A stretch of 64,000 nucleotides of DNA, from positions 25,344 to 89,343 of IMG/VR virus record IMGVR_UViG_3300019487_000026, one strand, 5' to 3'. Under the pieces are notes generated by a model, which saw only the letters and a program-made list of their open reading frames with translations, did not search any database and was not told where the DNA came from. Position numbers and translations under genes: made by a program. This document shows, piece after piece, positions 36,929 through 45,876 of this stretch; position 1 is the stretch's first letter, and each line of letters starts with the position of its first letter. This stretch comes from a virus.

Positions 36929-37006
36929 GCCCTGGTGGATAAATCGGCAAAATCGCCTCGTTTAGACCGAGGAGTTGTGAGGGTTCGAATCCCTCTCGGG
37001 GCACCA
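36929..37006 (+). tRNA. tRNA-Leu(TAG), short variable arm
   Basis: Cloverleaf, CCA. Confidence 0.85.
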
Positions 37007-37122
37007 AGTTGTTGCGTAGGAAACACAGTTACTTCATTTCTGCAAAAAATGAGTTAGGAGTTCGATTCTCCTCTTGAATCCTGGACGGAACTTATGTCAC
37101 TGTATCCGACTTCATCTCAGCT
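37007..37122 (+). ncRNA. Y-RNA-like ncRNA 2 containing an anticodon-like hairpin (GCA) and a T arm
   Basis: TTGCGTAGG...AGTTACTTCA at the 5' end; AGGAG-TTCGATT-CTCCT; CCGACTTCATCT-CAGCT at the 3' end. Confidence 0.65.
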
Positions 37123-37129
37123 TGATTAT

Positions 37130-37202
37130 GGAGAAGTAGCTTAAGAGAGAGCACGCCCACTCGGAGGGCGCCGCGATGGTTTAAACCCATCCTTCTCCAC
37201 CA
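37130..37202 (+). tRNA. Degenerate tRNA (loop ACTCGGA; probably TCG/Arg)
   Basis: Intact stems and CCA but non-canonical D, T and anticodon loops. Confidence 0.6.
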
Positions 37203-37406
37203 ATTTTTAGGAGCGTGTTATGAATGACCAAGAATTTAGAAACTAATTGAAGACGCATGCACAAAAGTGTCTGACATTGATCTTGCTGATATGCTCAAAG
37301 TCAGTAGACCTACAATTGATCGTTGGAGATGTGGTGTTACTTCACCGCACCCCTTCGCGCGGGCGAGTGTTGCAAGGATTGTAAACGCTCTGAAATAAAT
37401 ACCGGT

Positions 37407-37778
37407 ATGAAACTCCTAGAAGTCATTACCGACGACGAAATTGAACAATTCAAGCAAGCATTCCATATGTTTATGAACAGTAAACTACGGAATCAATGGC
37501 TTGGAGGTGATGTCATTCAGGTATACATGCGGAAGGGCATTCACGTTATTGGTCGTCAAGCATTCAAGACGCTTGATATCGCAAACATTCAGATCGACGA
37601 AAGTGAGCGGGGAAAAGGCGTTGGGATGAGACTGATTGACTGGTTGCATGAACAGAATCCCTTTGAAGTTACATACGTAGAGAGCTTGCAGAATCTACGT
37701 TTGTATGCAAGTCTTAAGCAACGTGGTTGGATTGATGTTCCAAATTCTCAACCACCTAGTGTGTATAAAACAAAGTAA
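37407..37778 (+). CDS. GNAT-like acetyltransferase (late)
   Basis: IANIQIDESERGKGVG; TAAATA upstream. Confidence 0.7.
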   Translation: MKLLEVITDDEIEQFKQAFHMFMNSKLRNQWLGGDVIQVYMRKGIHVIGRQAFKTLDIANIQIDESERGKGVGMRLIDWLHEQNPFEVTYVESLQNLRLYASLKQRGWIDVPNSQPPSVYKTK

Positions 37779-37782
37779 ATTT

Positions 37783-37857
37783 CTCCGTAGAGCGTGAGGG
37801 TTAGCGTACAACGTTTGGGGCGTTGTGGATCAGGTTCGAGTCCTGCTCACACAGCAG
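37783..37857 (+). pseudogene. Degenerate tRNA-Pro(TGG)
   Basis: CAACG-TTTGGGG-CGTTG and T arm present; acceptor stem does not pair. Confidence 0.6.
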
Positions 37858-37863
37858 AATAAC

Positions 37864-37937
37864 AGGTCGCTAGTGTAATGGCAGCATGACAACCTCCAAA
37901 GTTGTTGGTGGGAGTTCAAGTCTCTCGCGACCTGCCA
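37864..37937 (+). tRNA. tRNA-Trp(CCA)
   Basis: Cloverleaf, CCA. Confidence 0.9.
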
Positions 37938-37946
37938 AATTGTAAT

Positions 37947-38025
37947 GCAGCTCTGGCAGAGGTGGTCCTACATGCGTGTGCCTGAAGAGCACAAGATCTC
38001 AGTTCGATTCTGGGGGGCTGCACCA
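37947..38025 (+). tRNA. tRNA-Phe(GAA)
   Basis: Cloverleaf, CCA. Confidence 0.88.
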
Positions 38026-38170
38026 AAGTTTCGAAGTGAATTGTTTCAAGCCGTCTGAAGGGGTTGCAACTCCGACAGATGTATAATGGATTAGCTCACG
38101 ACGCGTCCGGGCTTGTTATGAAACGGCGCTTGATCAGCGTTTCTGGCCAAGAACGAGCGAAAAGATTATT

Positions 38171-38254
38171 GGGCAAGTGGGGGAATTGGCAGACCCACCA
38201 CTTTGAGAGGGTGGCGCGTAAAGCGTGCAGGTTCGAATCCTGTTTTGCCCACCA
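38171..38254 (+). tRNA. tRNA-Leu(GAG)
   Basis: Cloverleaf, CCA. Confidence 0.9.
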
Positions 38255-38257
38255 AAT

Positions 38258-38353
38258 GGAAGATTGGGTGAGTGGCTTAAACCACCTATCTCGAAAATAG
38301 GAGGGTCGGGGACTAGCTCGGCTCCGTAGGTTCGAATCCTACATCTTCCGCCA
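38258..38353 (+). tRNA. tRNA-Ser(CGA)
   Basis: Cloverleaf, CCA. Confidence 0.9.
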
Positions 38354-38355
38354 AT

Positions 38356-38433
38356 GCGTTGCTGATGGGAATTGGCAGACCTCATACGCTCAAACCGTAT
38401 GGTTTCTCGGTTCGACTCCGAGGCAACGCACCA
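38356..38433 (+). tRNA. tRNA-Leu(CAA), short variable arm
   Basis: Cloverleaf, CCA. Confidence 0.85.
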
Positions 38434-38436
38434 TTC

Positions 38437-38510
38437 GCGGGTATAGTATAATGGTATTATGCGACATTGCCAGTGTTGAGACGTGGGTTCGATTCCCACT
38501 ACCTGCTCCA
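38437..38510 (+). tRNA. tRNA-Gly(GCC), no insert
   Basis: Cloverleaf, CCA. Confidence 0.9.
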
Positions 38511-38568
38511 GTTGTTGACCCTTTGTAAATAGGTGAAAATGTTGCCATACGACAAAGGAGAGATTCAG

Positions 38569-39843
38569 ATGAAAAAGTTTGGTGCACTTGCAATCGACCT
38601 CGAATGGAAAGATGATCCTCGTTGGAATGGCGTAAAACGACCGTATACTGGCGAAGACGTGTACAAATTACAAGGGTCGATGCCCATCCAGTACACACTA
38701 GCAACTCACGGTGCATATAAACTTTGGAATATGTTGCATGAACGTCCATTCGTCCATGCACTTGGTGCTGTCACGGGCATGCAAGCTTTGCAACAAGTTA
38801 AAGCAGGCTTGCCAGCAATTTATTTGTCGGGTTGGCAAGTTGCAGCTGATGCAAACGACAGCTTGAATATGTATCCTGATCAATCATTGTACGCTACGAC
38901 AAGTGTGCCAACGGTTGTTGAACGTATCAACAACACATTGAGTCGTGCGGACCAAATCCAGCACATGGAAGGGCGAGACGAGATTGATTACTTCGCCCCA
39001 ATCGTTGCTGATGCTGAGGCTGGCTTTGGAGGAGTGCTAAACGCACACGAGCTGATGAAAGCAATGATTCGTGCAGGTGCTGCGGGTGTCCATTTTGAAG
39101 ATCAACTTGCCTCTGTCAAGAAATGTGGGCACATGGGTGGTAAGGTTCTTGTGTCGACCCGTGAAGCTGTTGAAAAACTGGTTGCAGCTCGTCTCGCAGC
39201 CGACATTATGGGTGTGCCTACAGTATTGTTTGCACGAACCGATGCAGAGGCGGCGAACTTGATTACAAACGATGTCGACGAAAATGACAAACCATTCTTG
39301 ACAGGTGAACGAACTGTTGAAGGTTTCTATCGTGTGCGAAACGGTCTCGAACAAGCTATCTCGCGCGGTCTTGCTTATGCACCGTATGCAGATCTTGTGT
39401 GGTGTGAGACGGGAAAACCTGATCTCGAGTTCGCGAAGAAATTTGCGGAAGCGGTGCTGCGTGAAAATCCAACTAAGATGTTGGCGTACAATTGTTCGCC
39501 ATCGTTTAACTGGAAAAAGAATCTTGACGACGCAACGATTGCAAAATTCCAGCACGAGCTTGGAGCGATGGGATACAAGTTCCAATTCATTACGCTGGCA
39601 GGATTCCATGCGTTGAACTACTCGATGTTTGACCTTGCACATGGATATGCTCGACACAATATGTCAGCGTTTGTCGAGCTTCAAGAGAAAGAATTTAAGG
39701 CTGCTGCGGTTGGCTTCACTGCTGTGAAGCATCAGCGCGAAGTTGGGACGAGTTATTTTGATGAGATCACGCAGGTGATCCAGTCGCGCATGTCCTCAAC
39801 AACTGCGTTGAAAGGTTCGACCGAAGAAGAGCAGTTTCACTAA
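38569..39843 (+). CDS. aceA: Isocitrate lyase
   Basis: [40 protein letters not shown]. Confidence 0.97.
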   Translation: MKKFGALAIDLEWKDDPRWNGVKRPYTGEDVYKLQGSMPIQYTLATHGAYKLWNMLHERPFVHALGAVTGMQALQQVKAGLPAIYLSGWQVAADANDSLNMYPDQSLYATTSVPTVVERINNTLSRADQIQHMEGRDEIDYFAPIVADAEAGFGGVLNAHELMKAMIRAGAAGVHFEDQLASVKKCGHMGGKVLVSTREAVEKLVAARLAADIMGVPTVLFARTDAEAANLITNDVDENDKPFLTGERTVEGFYRVRNGLEQAISRGLAYAPYADLVWCETGKPDLEFAKKFAEAVLRENPTKMLAYNCSPSFNWKKNLDDATIAKFQHELGAMGYKFQFITLAGFHALNYSMFDLAHGYARHNMSAFVELQEKEFKAAAVGFTAVKHQREVGTSYFDEITQVIQSRMSSTTALKGSTEEEQFH

Positions 39844-39848
39844 ACAAA

Positions 39849-39925
39849 CGCAGGGAAGGTGCTGGATTTCCTCGACTGGTTTCATACGCCAGTTCACGTC
39901 GGTTCAATTCCGACCCCTGCAACCA
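39849..39925 (+). tRNA. tRNA-Met(CAT), C1:A72 mismatch (initiator-like)
   Basis: Cloverleaf with atypical D arm, CCA. Confidence 0.75.
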
Positions 39926-39928
39926 TTT

Positions 39929-40007
39929 CAGAGTGTAGGAAAGCCTGGCTTAATCCGTCGCGTCCGGAGCGCGAAGACCGTTGGTTCGAATCCAACCACT
40001 CTGACCA
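39929..40007 (+). tRNA. tRNA-Pro(CGG)
   Basis: Cloverleaf, CCA; C at position 33. Confidence 0.85.
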
Positions 40008-40126
40008 ACAGCTGCGTAGGTATGGAGTTCTTCATTCCAAACTGCGAACGGGAGTTCGATTCTCTCTTTATCGTCTAGTGGTAAGACAGCAGTCAACAAA
40101 GATGCCAAACCGTTTTAAACTCTGTT
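40008..40126 (+). ncRNA. Y-RNA-like ncRNA 3 containing a circularly permuted tRNA-Gly(TCC) core without an acceptor stem
   Basis: Order TTCCAA-ACTGC, T arm, D arm, GCAGTC, inside termini shared with the other two RNAs. Confidence 0.7.
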
Positions 40127-40143
40127 GATTAATATTTAACAAT

Positions 40144-40219
40144 TGCCTCGTGGTGTAATGGTTAGCATGCTTGCCTTTGAAGCAAGTCGGTGTTGGTTCG
40201 AATCCAGCCGGGGTAGCCA
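40144..40219 (+). tRNA. tRNA-Gln(TTG)
   Basis: Cloverleaf, CCA. Confidence 0.88.
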
Positions 40220-40231
40220 TAGGAGATTAGT

Positions 40232-40402
40232 ATGTCCAAGAAAGATGAAAAGAAGAAGCAAAGGCTTCAAGAGAGACTGACCCAACTTGAACAAGAACTG
40301 ACAACTGCACTGACAAAGAAGTCATCTGCAACGACGGAAATCAATGTTCCTGAGTATACGCGGAGGATTCAAGAACTGCGTGAGCAACTAGCGAAAATGT
40401 AA
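40232..40402 (+). CDS. Small coiled-coil protein
   Basis: AGGAG RBS; MSKKDEKKKQRLQERL... Confidence 0.6.
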   Translation: MSKKDEKKKQRLQERLTQLEQELTTALTKKSSATTEINVPEYTRRIQELREQLAKM

Positions 40403-40437
40403 TTCGTCAGGTATAATGTTGTCATTAGGAGAAATCA

Positions 40438-40665
40438 ATGCCGAATCCAACATTGAAAGACATGGTGATTGACAATAAAAAGGTTCACTTCATTTTCTAT
40501 CGTGAGAAGGAACTGTGGTACAAGACGGAAACTGGCTTTGAGTTTCCCGTTCCTATCGAAGACGTTGGGAACGCTATCTTTCTTGCGGAAGATAAGGCTC
40601 TGCTGTTCATGCGTTATATTCGCAAGCAGTTGCAAACAATTGAAAAAGCAAAGCAAGAGCAATAA
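40438..40665 (+). CDS. Small phage protein
   Basis: AGGAG RBS; FEFPVPIEDVGNA.FLAEDKA. Confidence 0.7.
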   Translation: MPNPTLKDMVIDNKKVHFIFYREKELWYKTETGFEFPVPIEDVGNAIFLAEDKALLFMRYIRKQLQTIEKAKQEQ

Positions 40666-40669
40666 CAAT

Positions 40670-40743
40670 TGGGATGTGGTGTAATGGTAGCATTGCTGGT
40701 TCTGACCCAGTAGGCCAAGGCTCGATTCCTTGCATCCCTGCCA
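40670..40743 (+). tRNA. tRNA-Gln(CTG)
   Basis: Cloverleaf, CCA. Confidence 0.88.
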
Positions 40744-40951
40744 CTAAATACAAGCAATGATTTCTGAGGAGGTGCATGCCATGGAACATATCAGAAAGTT
40801 GCTTGATCGATTATTTGGTAATACGAAAAAACCTGCACCGCGTGTCAAGAAGCCTTTGACAAAGATGGAAATCATGAATCACCTTCGAAAGGAGCGTCTC
40901 AAACGAGAGGCACTTGAAAAGGGCTCCAAAAAATAAGATAGTTGTAAGCAC

Positions 40952-41026
40952 GACGTGGTGGCAGATTGGACATGCGTCAGCCTGCAAAGCTGTTCTAAAA
41001 GGGTTCGATTCCCTTACACGTCTCCA
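40952..41026 (+). tRNA. tRNA-Cys(GCA)
   Basis: Cloverleaf, CCA. Confidence 0.85.
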
Positions 41027-41259
41027 CTATTTGGAGGAATTGTGCGACTCATTTTTGGAATGATCTTATTGTTCATTGTCGATCTGTTGACTCCATTCAT
41101 TCCGCTAGGTTCGCTGCTGTTGGTGTTTGCCGTACTGCACGAACCGACAGCACGACGGCTTGTTAATTACATTGCTGCTGTCCACAACCGACAGTAGTTG
41201 CCCTCAAAGCCCCTTTAGGGTATGGTGGGGTATTCTAAATACCCTTTTTGGAGATATAG

Positions 41260-41694
41260 ATGATTACGGCAAAACGTTGGAAAAGTTCACCTGCACGACC
41301 AGGTCCGTCAGGCACGCAGTGGCCGCCCACGGGAATCGAAGCAATCAAGCTCAATGAAATCGACCGCGACGGTGGCGGTGGTACGGTCATTGATCGTCCA
41401 GGCACGATCGACCTCGAAAAAGAAGATACAAAGACCAAGCAGCCGCCGATGTATGACGTCGTGATCTATAACGACGATTTCACACCGGCTGAGTTCGTTG
41501 TTGAAGTGCTTCAAAAGTTTTTCAGCTACGATCTCCAACGTGGGATTGCTCTGATGATCACCGTGCATCGTTCGGGCAAAGGCGTCATTGGAACGTATCC
41601 GAAAGATGTCGCTGAAACAAAAGTGCAGCAAGCAAATAGTTATGCAACGGCTCACGAGCATCCGCTGCAACTAATTGCAGAGAAGAGAGACTAA
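41260..41694 (+). CDS. clpS: ClpS N-end rule adaptor
   Basis: PPMYDVVIYNDDFTP.EFVVEVL...VH..GKG..G.Y..DVAETK. Confidence 0.92.
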   Translation: MITAKRWKSSPARPGPSGTQWPPTGIEAIKLNEIDRDGGGGTVIDRPGTIDLEKEDTKTKQPPMYDVVIYNDDFTPAEFVVEVLQKFFSYDLQRGIALMITVHRSGKGVIGTYPKDVAETKVQQANSYATAHEHPLQLIAEKRD

Positions 41695-41704
41695 TTTTTT
41701 AACT

Positions 41705-41779
41705 GCGGGTGTCGTATAGTGGCTATTATCTCTGCCTTCCAAGCAGAGGAGGAGGGTTCGAATCCCTCTACCCGCTCCA
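41705..41779 (+). tRNA. tRNA-Gly(TCC)
   Basis: Cloverleaf, CCA. Confidence 0.92.
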
Positions 41780-41793
41780 ATAAGGATTGTGTC

Positions 41794-42234
41794 ATGTACT
41801 ACCACAGTGGAAGTGGGGTCATTGCTTATGACCCTTGGCGTGGCGACATGAAAAGTCGCACCGACTGGTGGTGTATCGTTGATGTCGACAAAGAGATTAC
41901 CCGTTATTATCGCTGGTGGCTTCAGCGGGAGAAACACATCTACCTTCAAAAACCAGCTTGGGATGCACACATCTCAATCATTCGTGGTGAGTACGCTTGT
42001 GCTTCAAACCCCCAACTATGGCGAAAGTATCAGGGGCAGACTGTTAATTTCCAATACGAACACGGACATATCCGTTGTGAACCTGACAAGGATGGAGGAG
42101 TGTATTATTGGATAGATGTAGAGGCCCCATTGCTCAATCAGATTCGTGCCGAGTTTGGACTTCCTCGAGGGTGGCGTTTTCACATCACAATTGGTCGAAC
42201 GTACGACTACGTGGCCCGTGTGCCAAAAAGATAG
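41794..42234 (+). CDS. 2H phosphoesterase-like protein
   Basis: Two HxS/T motifs (AHISII, FHITIG). Confidence 0.7.
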   Translation: MYYHSGSGVIAYDPWRGDMKSRTDWWCIVDVDKEITRYYRWWLQREKHIYLQKPAWDAHISIIRGEYACASNPQLWRKYQGQTVNFQYEHGHIRCEPDKDGGVYYWIDVEAPLLNQIRAEFGLPRGWRFHITIGRTYDYVARVPKR

Positions 42235-42243
42235 GAGAAATAT

Positions 42244-42831
42244 ATGAAAGCTTTAGCCGCCCTGGCAGTAGCTCTTACAATGTTCATTGGAACTGCAGTT
42301 GCACAAGATAAATTGACCGTGCTTGTTGCAAAACCGGATCTAGGAGAATTCTATCAAAAGACGGTCATTGTTGTCGCCGGTGATATTGGTGTTGAGATCG
42401 GTTTCATCATTAATCGTCCAGCAACACTGACGGGACGAAAACAAACGAGGTTGGGTGAACTGTTTCCTACCGACGAACCAAGTAAGAAACTTAATGCACC
42501 CGTTTGGCTCGGTGGCCCAGTGAACACGACGACTGTTTGGGCGCTTGCGAAGGACACAAAAGGCGCAAAGGCGACGATACCCGTTGGTGGAACTGGATAC
42601 CACATGGTGATGTCAGTTGATGCTGTCGATGCTCTGATCGCCGAAGGTGCTGCAACGACATCATTCTATGCGGGTTTCATTATTTGGCAGCCAGAAGAAC
42701 GTGAAGCCGAAATGCAGAAGGGATTCTGGTTCAAGACTGAAATGACAATGGATGAACTTCAGAAACTTTCGAAAGATGAGAAGGGCTGGGAGATGTTGAT
42801 GAAGCGACTAAAGTCGCAGACGTCCATCTAG
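42244..42831 (+). CDS. YqgE/AlgH-like protein with a signal peptide
   Basis: LVAKP, GFIINRP, VWLGGPV, FYAGF..W...E.E. Confidence 0.75.
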   Translation: MKALAALAVALTMFIGTAVAQDKLTVLVAKPDLGEFYQKTVIVVAGDIGVEIGFIINRPATLTGRKQTRLGELFPTDEPSKKLNAPVWLGGPVNTTTVWALAKDTKGAKATIPVGGTGYHMVMSVDAVDALIAEGAATTSFYAGFIIWQPEEREAEMQKGFWFKTEMTMDELQKLSKDEKGWEMLMKRLKSQTSI

Positions 42832-42856
42832 GGGAGTAGAAATAAATAGGTCCACT

Positions 42857-43165
42857 ATGGACATTGGCAATAATCTCTACGTGAAATACTTGTGGCCTGA
42901 ATGGATGTTCAAGGATGCCAACAAAGGCACTTCCCTTGAACGTGCTGCCGCATATAGGCATAATATGAGTATGGCAAACTATTTGCCGACTTATATCCGC
43001 CGATGGACGGTTTTAACAGGGATTGCTTATACGTTGGTTGTATTAACCGAAGCAATATTGCCAAAGATTGTTGCTGGTTTCTTCGGAGTGATTGTTGGTT
43101 GGGCTGTCGCGACGATTTTTGTTCTTATTGCAATGTACTTGTTATTAAAACGTGCTGGAGATTAG
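42857..43165 (+). CDS. Membrane protein
   Basis: Two TM helices. Confidence 0.6.
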   Translation: MDIGNNLYVKYLWPEWMFKDANKGTSLERAAAYRHNMSMANYLPTYIRRWTVLTGIAYTLVVLTEAILPKIVAGFFGVIVGWAVATIFVLIAMYLLLKRAGD

Positions 43166-43231
43166 CTCAGTTGGTAGAGCGCCGCCCCTACAAGGCGGAT
43201 GTCGGGGGTTCGAGCCCCTCATCTCCAACCA
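43156..43231 (+). tRNA. tRNA-Val(TAC)
   Basis: Cloverleaf, CCA; overlaps the upstream stop codon. Confidence 0.9.
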
Positions 43232-43241
43232 GGAGGATCAT

Positions 43242-43619
43242 ATGAAACTTATCGATAGATTACATCCCTTGCGGCTTGCGCCAGCATTATTCTTCATTAC
43301 GTTGCTATCTTTTGCAGCATCATTTGCTTTTGCATTACCAAACGTAGCCATTTTCGTGCATGAAAACGGCAAGGAACGATGGCTATTCGGTAATGCAAAA
43401 TGTCAAAGTGAAGAAATCAAAGAGCAACAAAGTGGAGCAATCGTAAGCGATGATGGTGTGGCATATGTATTTCATGGTATTTTCTGTTGGACAGAACTTG
43501 GTGATGGAAAAATAAGAATAACGAAACAGAACGGTGAAATCCGATTCTTTACGAAGGATCAACTTCAAGATAAACGCGAAGAGCTTCGTCGACAGGGATT
43601 ATTGCGAGAGCCGATCTAA
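43242..43619 (+). CDS. Secreted hypothetical protein
   Basis: GGAGG RBS; signal-like N-terminus. Confidence 0.6.
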   Translation: MKLIDRLHPLRLAPALFFITLLSFAASFAFALPNVAIFVHENGKERWLFGNAKCQSEEIKEQQSGAIVSDDGVAYVFHGIFCWTELGDGKIRITKQNGEIRFFTKDQLQDKREELRRQGLLREPI

Positions 43620-43900
43620 TGGAACTTACACGTGTTGGTGAGTTATTTACCGTGCAGATTATAGCTGCCAACAAGCAGAATAGCCGTCCTTATCTTTATT
43701 TTTTCGTAAAGGATAGCGAAAAACACGTTCGCCTCATGTACTTGGCTGATGCAACGTATAATGATTTGTTTAGAAGTATTGCGCAGCAGTATTCAGAGGA
43801 CGGTGATTGTTATCTCGGTAGTATACGGTTGTATAACGATGCGATTCTTGCCGGCAACAAGCTAACATTTCCTATTCTTGCGAGTGTGAAAGATGATTAA
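43619..43900 (+). CDS. Hypothetical protein
   Basis: ORF track. Confidence 0.5.
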   Translation: MELTRVGELFTVQIIAANKQNSRPYLYFFVKDSEKHVRLMYLADATYNDLFRSIAQQYSEDGDCYLGSIRLYNDAILAGNKLTFPILASVKDD

Positions 43901-44390
43901 ACGCTCATTTGTAGCAAGTGTGTTCCTTCACTTGATGGTGTTGTGGCTGTTTTCGGGTGGTGGACCCGGTGAAGGTGAATCGAAAGAAAAAATTCAGGCG
44001 AAGGAGAACCGCGGTAAGTCGTTCGATAATCGCAGTATACAAGACATCCATCGACCTCTAGAGATTACAGTTGTCCCTCCCCCGAAAAAGAGTGGTGAGC
44101 AACTTGCTTACGAAAAGTTTCAAGAAGACCTCACAAAGTGTGAACCATCGTTTGGTGGTATCGGAATATCTCTGATGGGTGTTGATCTAACATTAATCGT
44201 GCTCGAAGCACACAAATACTACCCTGCTGAACGAGCAGGCATTCGAGCAGGAGATCTCCTCAAGGGAATTTCTCTGAGTGAGATTCGAGGAGAAGTTGGA
44301 ACCCCCGTCAGGGTTGAGGTCATCAGAGATGGTGTCCCTTTGACATTTAATCTAATACGTGGGAAGATTTGTTTAAAGAGCACACAGTAG
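43893..44390 (+). CDS. Membrane-anchored PDZ-domain protein
   Basis: FGGIGI...PAERAGIRAGD...IRGEVGTPV. Confidence 0.8.
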   Translation: MIKRSFVASVFLHLMVLWLFSGGGPGEGESKEKIQAKENRGKSFDNRSIQDIHRPLEITVVPPPKKSGEQLAYEKFQEDLTKCEPSFGGIGISLMGVDLTLIVLEAHKYYPAERAGIRAGDLLKGISLSEIRGEVGTPVRVEVIRDGVPLTFNLIRGKICLKSTQ

Positions 44391-44396
44391 TATCAT

Positions 44397-44482
44397 GCCC
44401 GGGTGGCGTAATGGCAGCCGCGCCAGCCTAGGAGCTGGTGGGTTCTCCTGCCCCGTGGGTTCGAATCCCACCTCTTCCGCCA
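44397..44482 (+). pseudogene. Chimeric tRNA: Leu-type 5' half, Ser-type 3' end
   Basis: GCCCGGG cannot pair with CTCTTCC; 6-nt anticodon loop CTAGGA. Confidence 0.65.
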
Positions 44483-44492
44483 AGGAGAAATT

Positions 44493-44798
44493 ATGACTAA
44501 GATCGAAAAAATGTGCCGTGAACATTTCAATGAGCCAGTGCTCATGGTCTTTGATCTTGCTCGTCTAATTGGCTATGGTGAAGATGCTGATGATTGTTAT
44601 TTGATTGTCAAGTATCCAGATCGTGGTGTTGTGTGGCATACAGCAGTGGGTGGCTATGTGTTTCTTGATCGGTTGAGAATCGCTGGCGATTGGGATGACT
44701 TCAAGCGATTAGACGAAGCATTAGAATTGAACAACGTTCCAAAAAAGAGCAAGAAGTTCGCGTTGAAATTCGCCCAACGGAAACAATGTTTAGTTTGA
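44493..44798 (+). CDS. Hypothetical protein
   Basis: AAGGAG RBS. Confidence 0.6.
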   Translation: MTKIEKMCREHFNEPVLMVFDLARLIGYGEDADDCYLIVKYPDRGVVWHTAVGGYVFLDRLRIAGDWDDFKRLDEALELNNVPKKSKKFALKFAQRKQCLV

Positions 44799-45044
44799 AA
44801 GATAGGTGAAATATGGAAACAGTTTGGATGTTCTTGATGACCAGCGTGTCGTGTACCGGGCATTGGCAGAGTTTAAGGCTGTGGACCGTTTTCAAGCAAA
44901 GAGTCTTGCGAAGCCGCTATGATGATTCAGCCAAAACCAGAAAACAATCTCAATACTACGAGTGTAAATCGTCTAGGAGACCTCTATGACACCACTTGAG
45001 TGCACATTACTCGAAGAAGTTGTTTATTGGCGAATGATGGTATT

Positions 45045-45119
45045 GCCGCGTTAGCTCAATGGATAGAGTATCGGTCTACGAAACCGAAGGTTACACGTTC
45101 GACCCGTGTACGCGGTACA
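45045..45119 (+). tRNA. tRNA-Arg(ACG)
   Basis: Cloverleaf; CCA not fully encoded. Confidence 0.88.
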
Positions 45120-45140
45120 GTGTAAATAAAGAATGGTTAC

Positions 45141-45216
45141 GCCTCCATAGCTCAGTGGACAGAGTGCCTGTCTTCGAAACAGGACGCCGGGAGTTCGAAT
45201 CTCTCTGGAGGCGCCA
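45141..45216 (+). tRNA. tRNA-Arg(TCG)
   Basis: Cloverleaf, CCA. Confidence 0.9.
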
Positions 45217-45218
45217 AT

Positions 45219-45290
45219 TGGCGATTAGCTCAAAGGCAGAGCGCCCGCTCGACACGCAGGAGGTTAGAGGTCCGAGTCCTCTATTGCCAA
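45219..45290 (+). tRNA. tRNA-Val(GAC)
   Basis: Cloverleaf with an irregular anticodon stem. Confidence 0.75.
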
Positions 45291-45295
45291 CAACT

Positions 45296-45377
45296 GGCCA
45301 AGTGGCGTAATCGGCAGCCGCGCGAGTCTCAAAAACTCGTACCGAAAGGTGTGTGGGTTCGAGTCCCACCTTGGCCA
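45296..45377 (+). tRNA. tRNA-Leu(CAA)
   Basis: Cloverleaf with long variable arm. Confidence 0.9.
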
Positions 45378-45417
45378 CTCAATCTCATAAATACCTTCTC
45401 TAATTAGGAGGTATGTT

Positions 45418-45876
45418 ATGGCAACCGTCTCTTCACCAGAATACGATCTTATTATAGGCGCACCTGGCCCAGCTTTTGATGCCGCTGTTGCAGCCAATAT
45501 CGCCCTTGGTTTTGCGCCGTTGGGTGTCCCGTATGTTAATTCAGGAAGTGGTGATCTTGAACAAGTAATGTTCCGAGGAGCCATTGCATCTTTTATTGCT
45601 CTCCATGCTATTACCAGCGAAACCGCTGGAACTGCTGGAACTGGTGCATTCCTTATCGCGGGCGACTTTGCTCGTGATTTCAATGCTGGTTATCGCTTTA
45701 CGGTCGACGGTTCAACGAGCAATGACGGAACGTATTCTGTCAAGGATGGTGGTTCGACATTTAGTGCTGGCTTCACAACGATTCCTGTCAATGAGACAGT
45801 TGTTGCTTCGGCAACAAACGGCTCGATTCAAGCTTACGCCCCAAGCATTCTGCAAGTTAATCCGGATCACGTCTAA
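45418..45876 (+). CDS. Late, probably structural protein
   Basis: TAAATA and AGGAGG; Gly/Ala/Thr-rich. Confidence 0.65.
   Translation: MATVSSPEYDLIIGAPGPAFDAAVAANIALGFAPLGVPYVNSGSGDLEQVMFRGAIASFIALHAITSETAGTAGTGAFLIAGDFARDFNAGYRFTVDGSTSNDGTYSVKDGGSTFSAGFTTIPVNETVVASATNGSIQAYAPSILQVNPDHV

Noticed and set aside
38052-38125. Hammerhead ribozyme (CTGAAG...GAAAC)
   Set aside because: The core does not match CUGANGA and the required stems could not be built.
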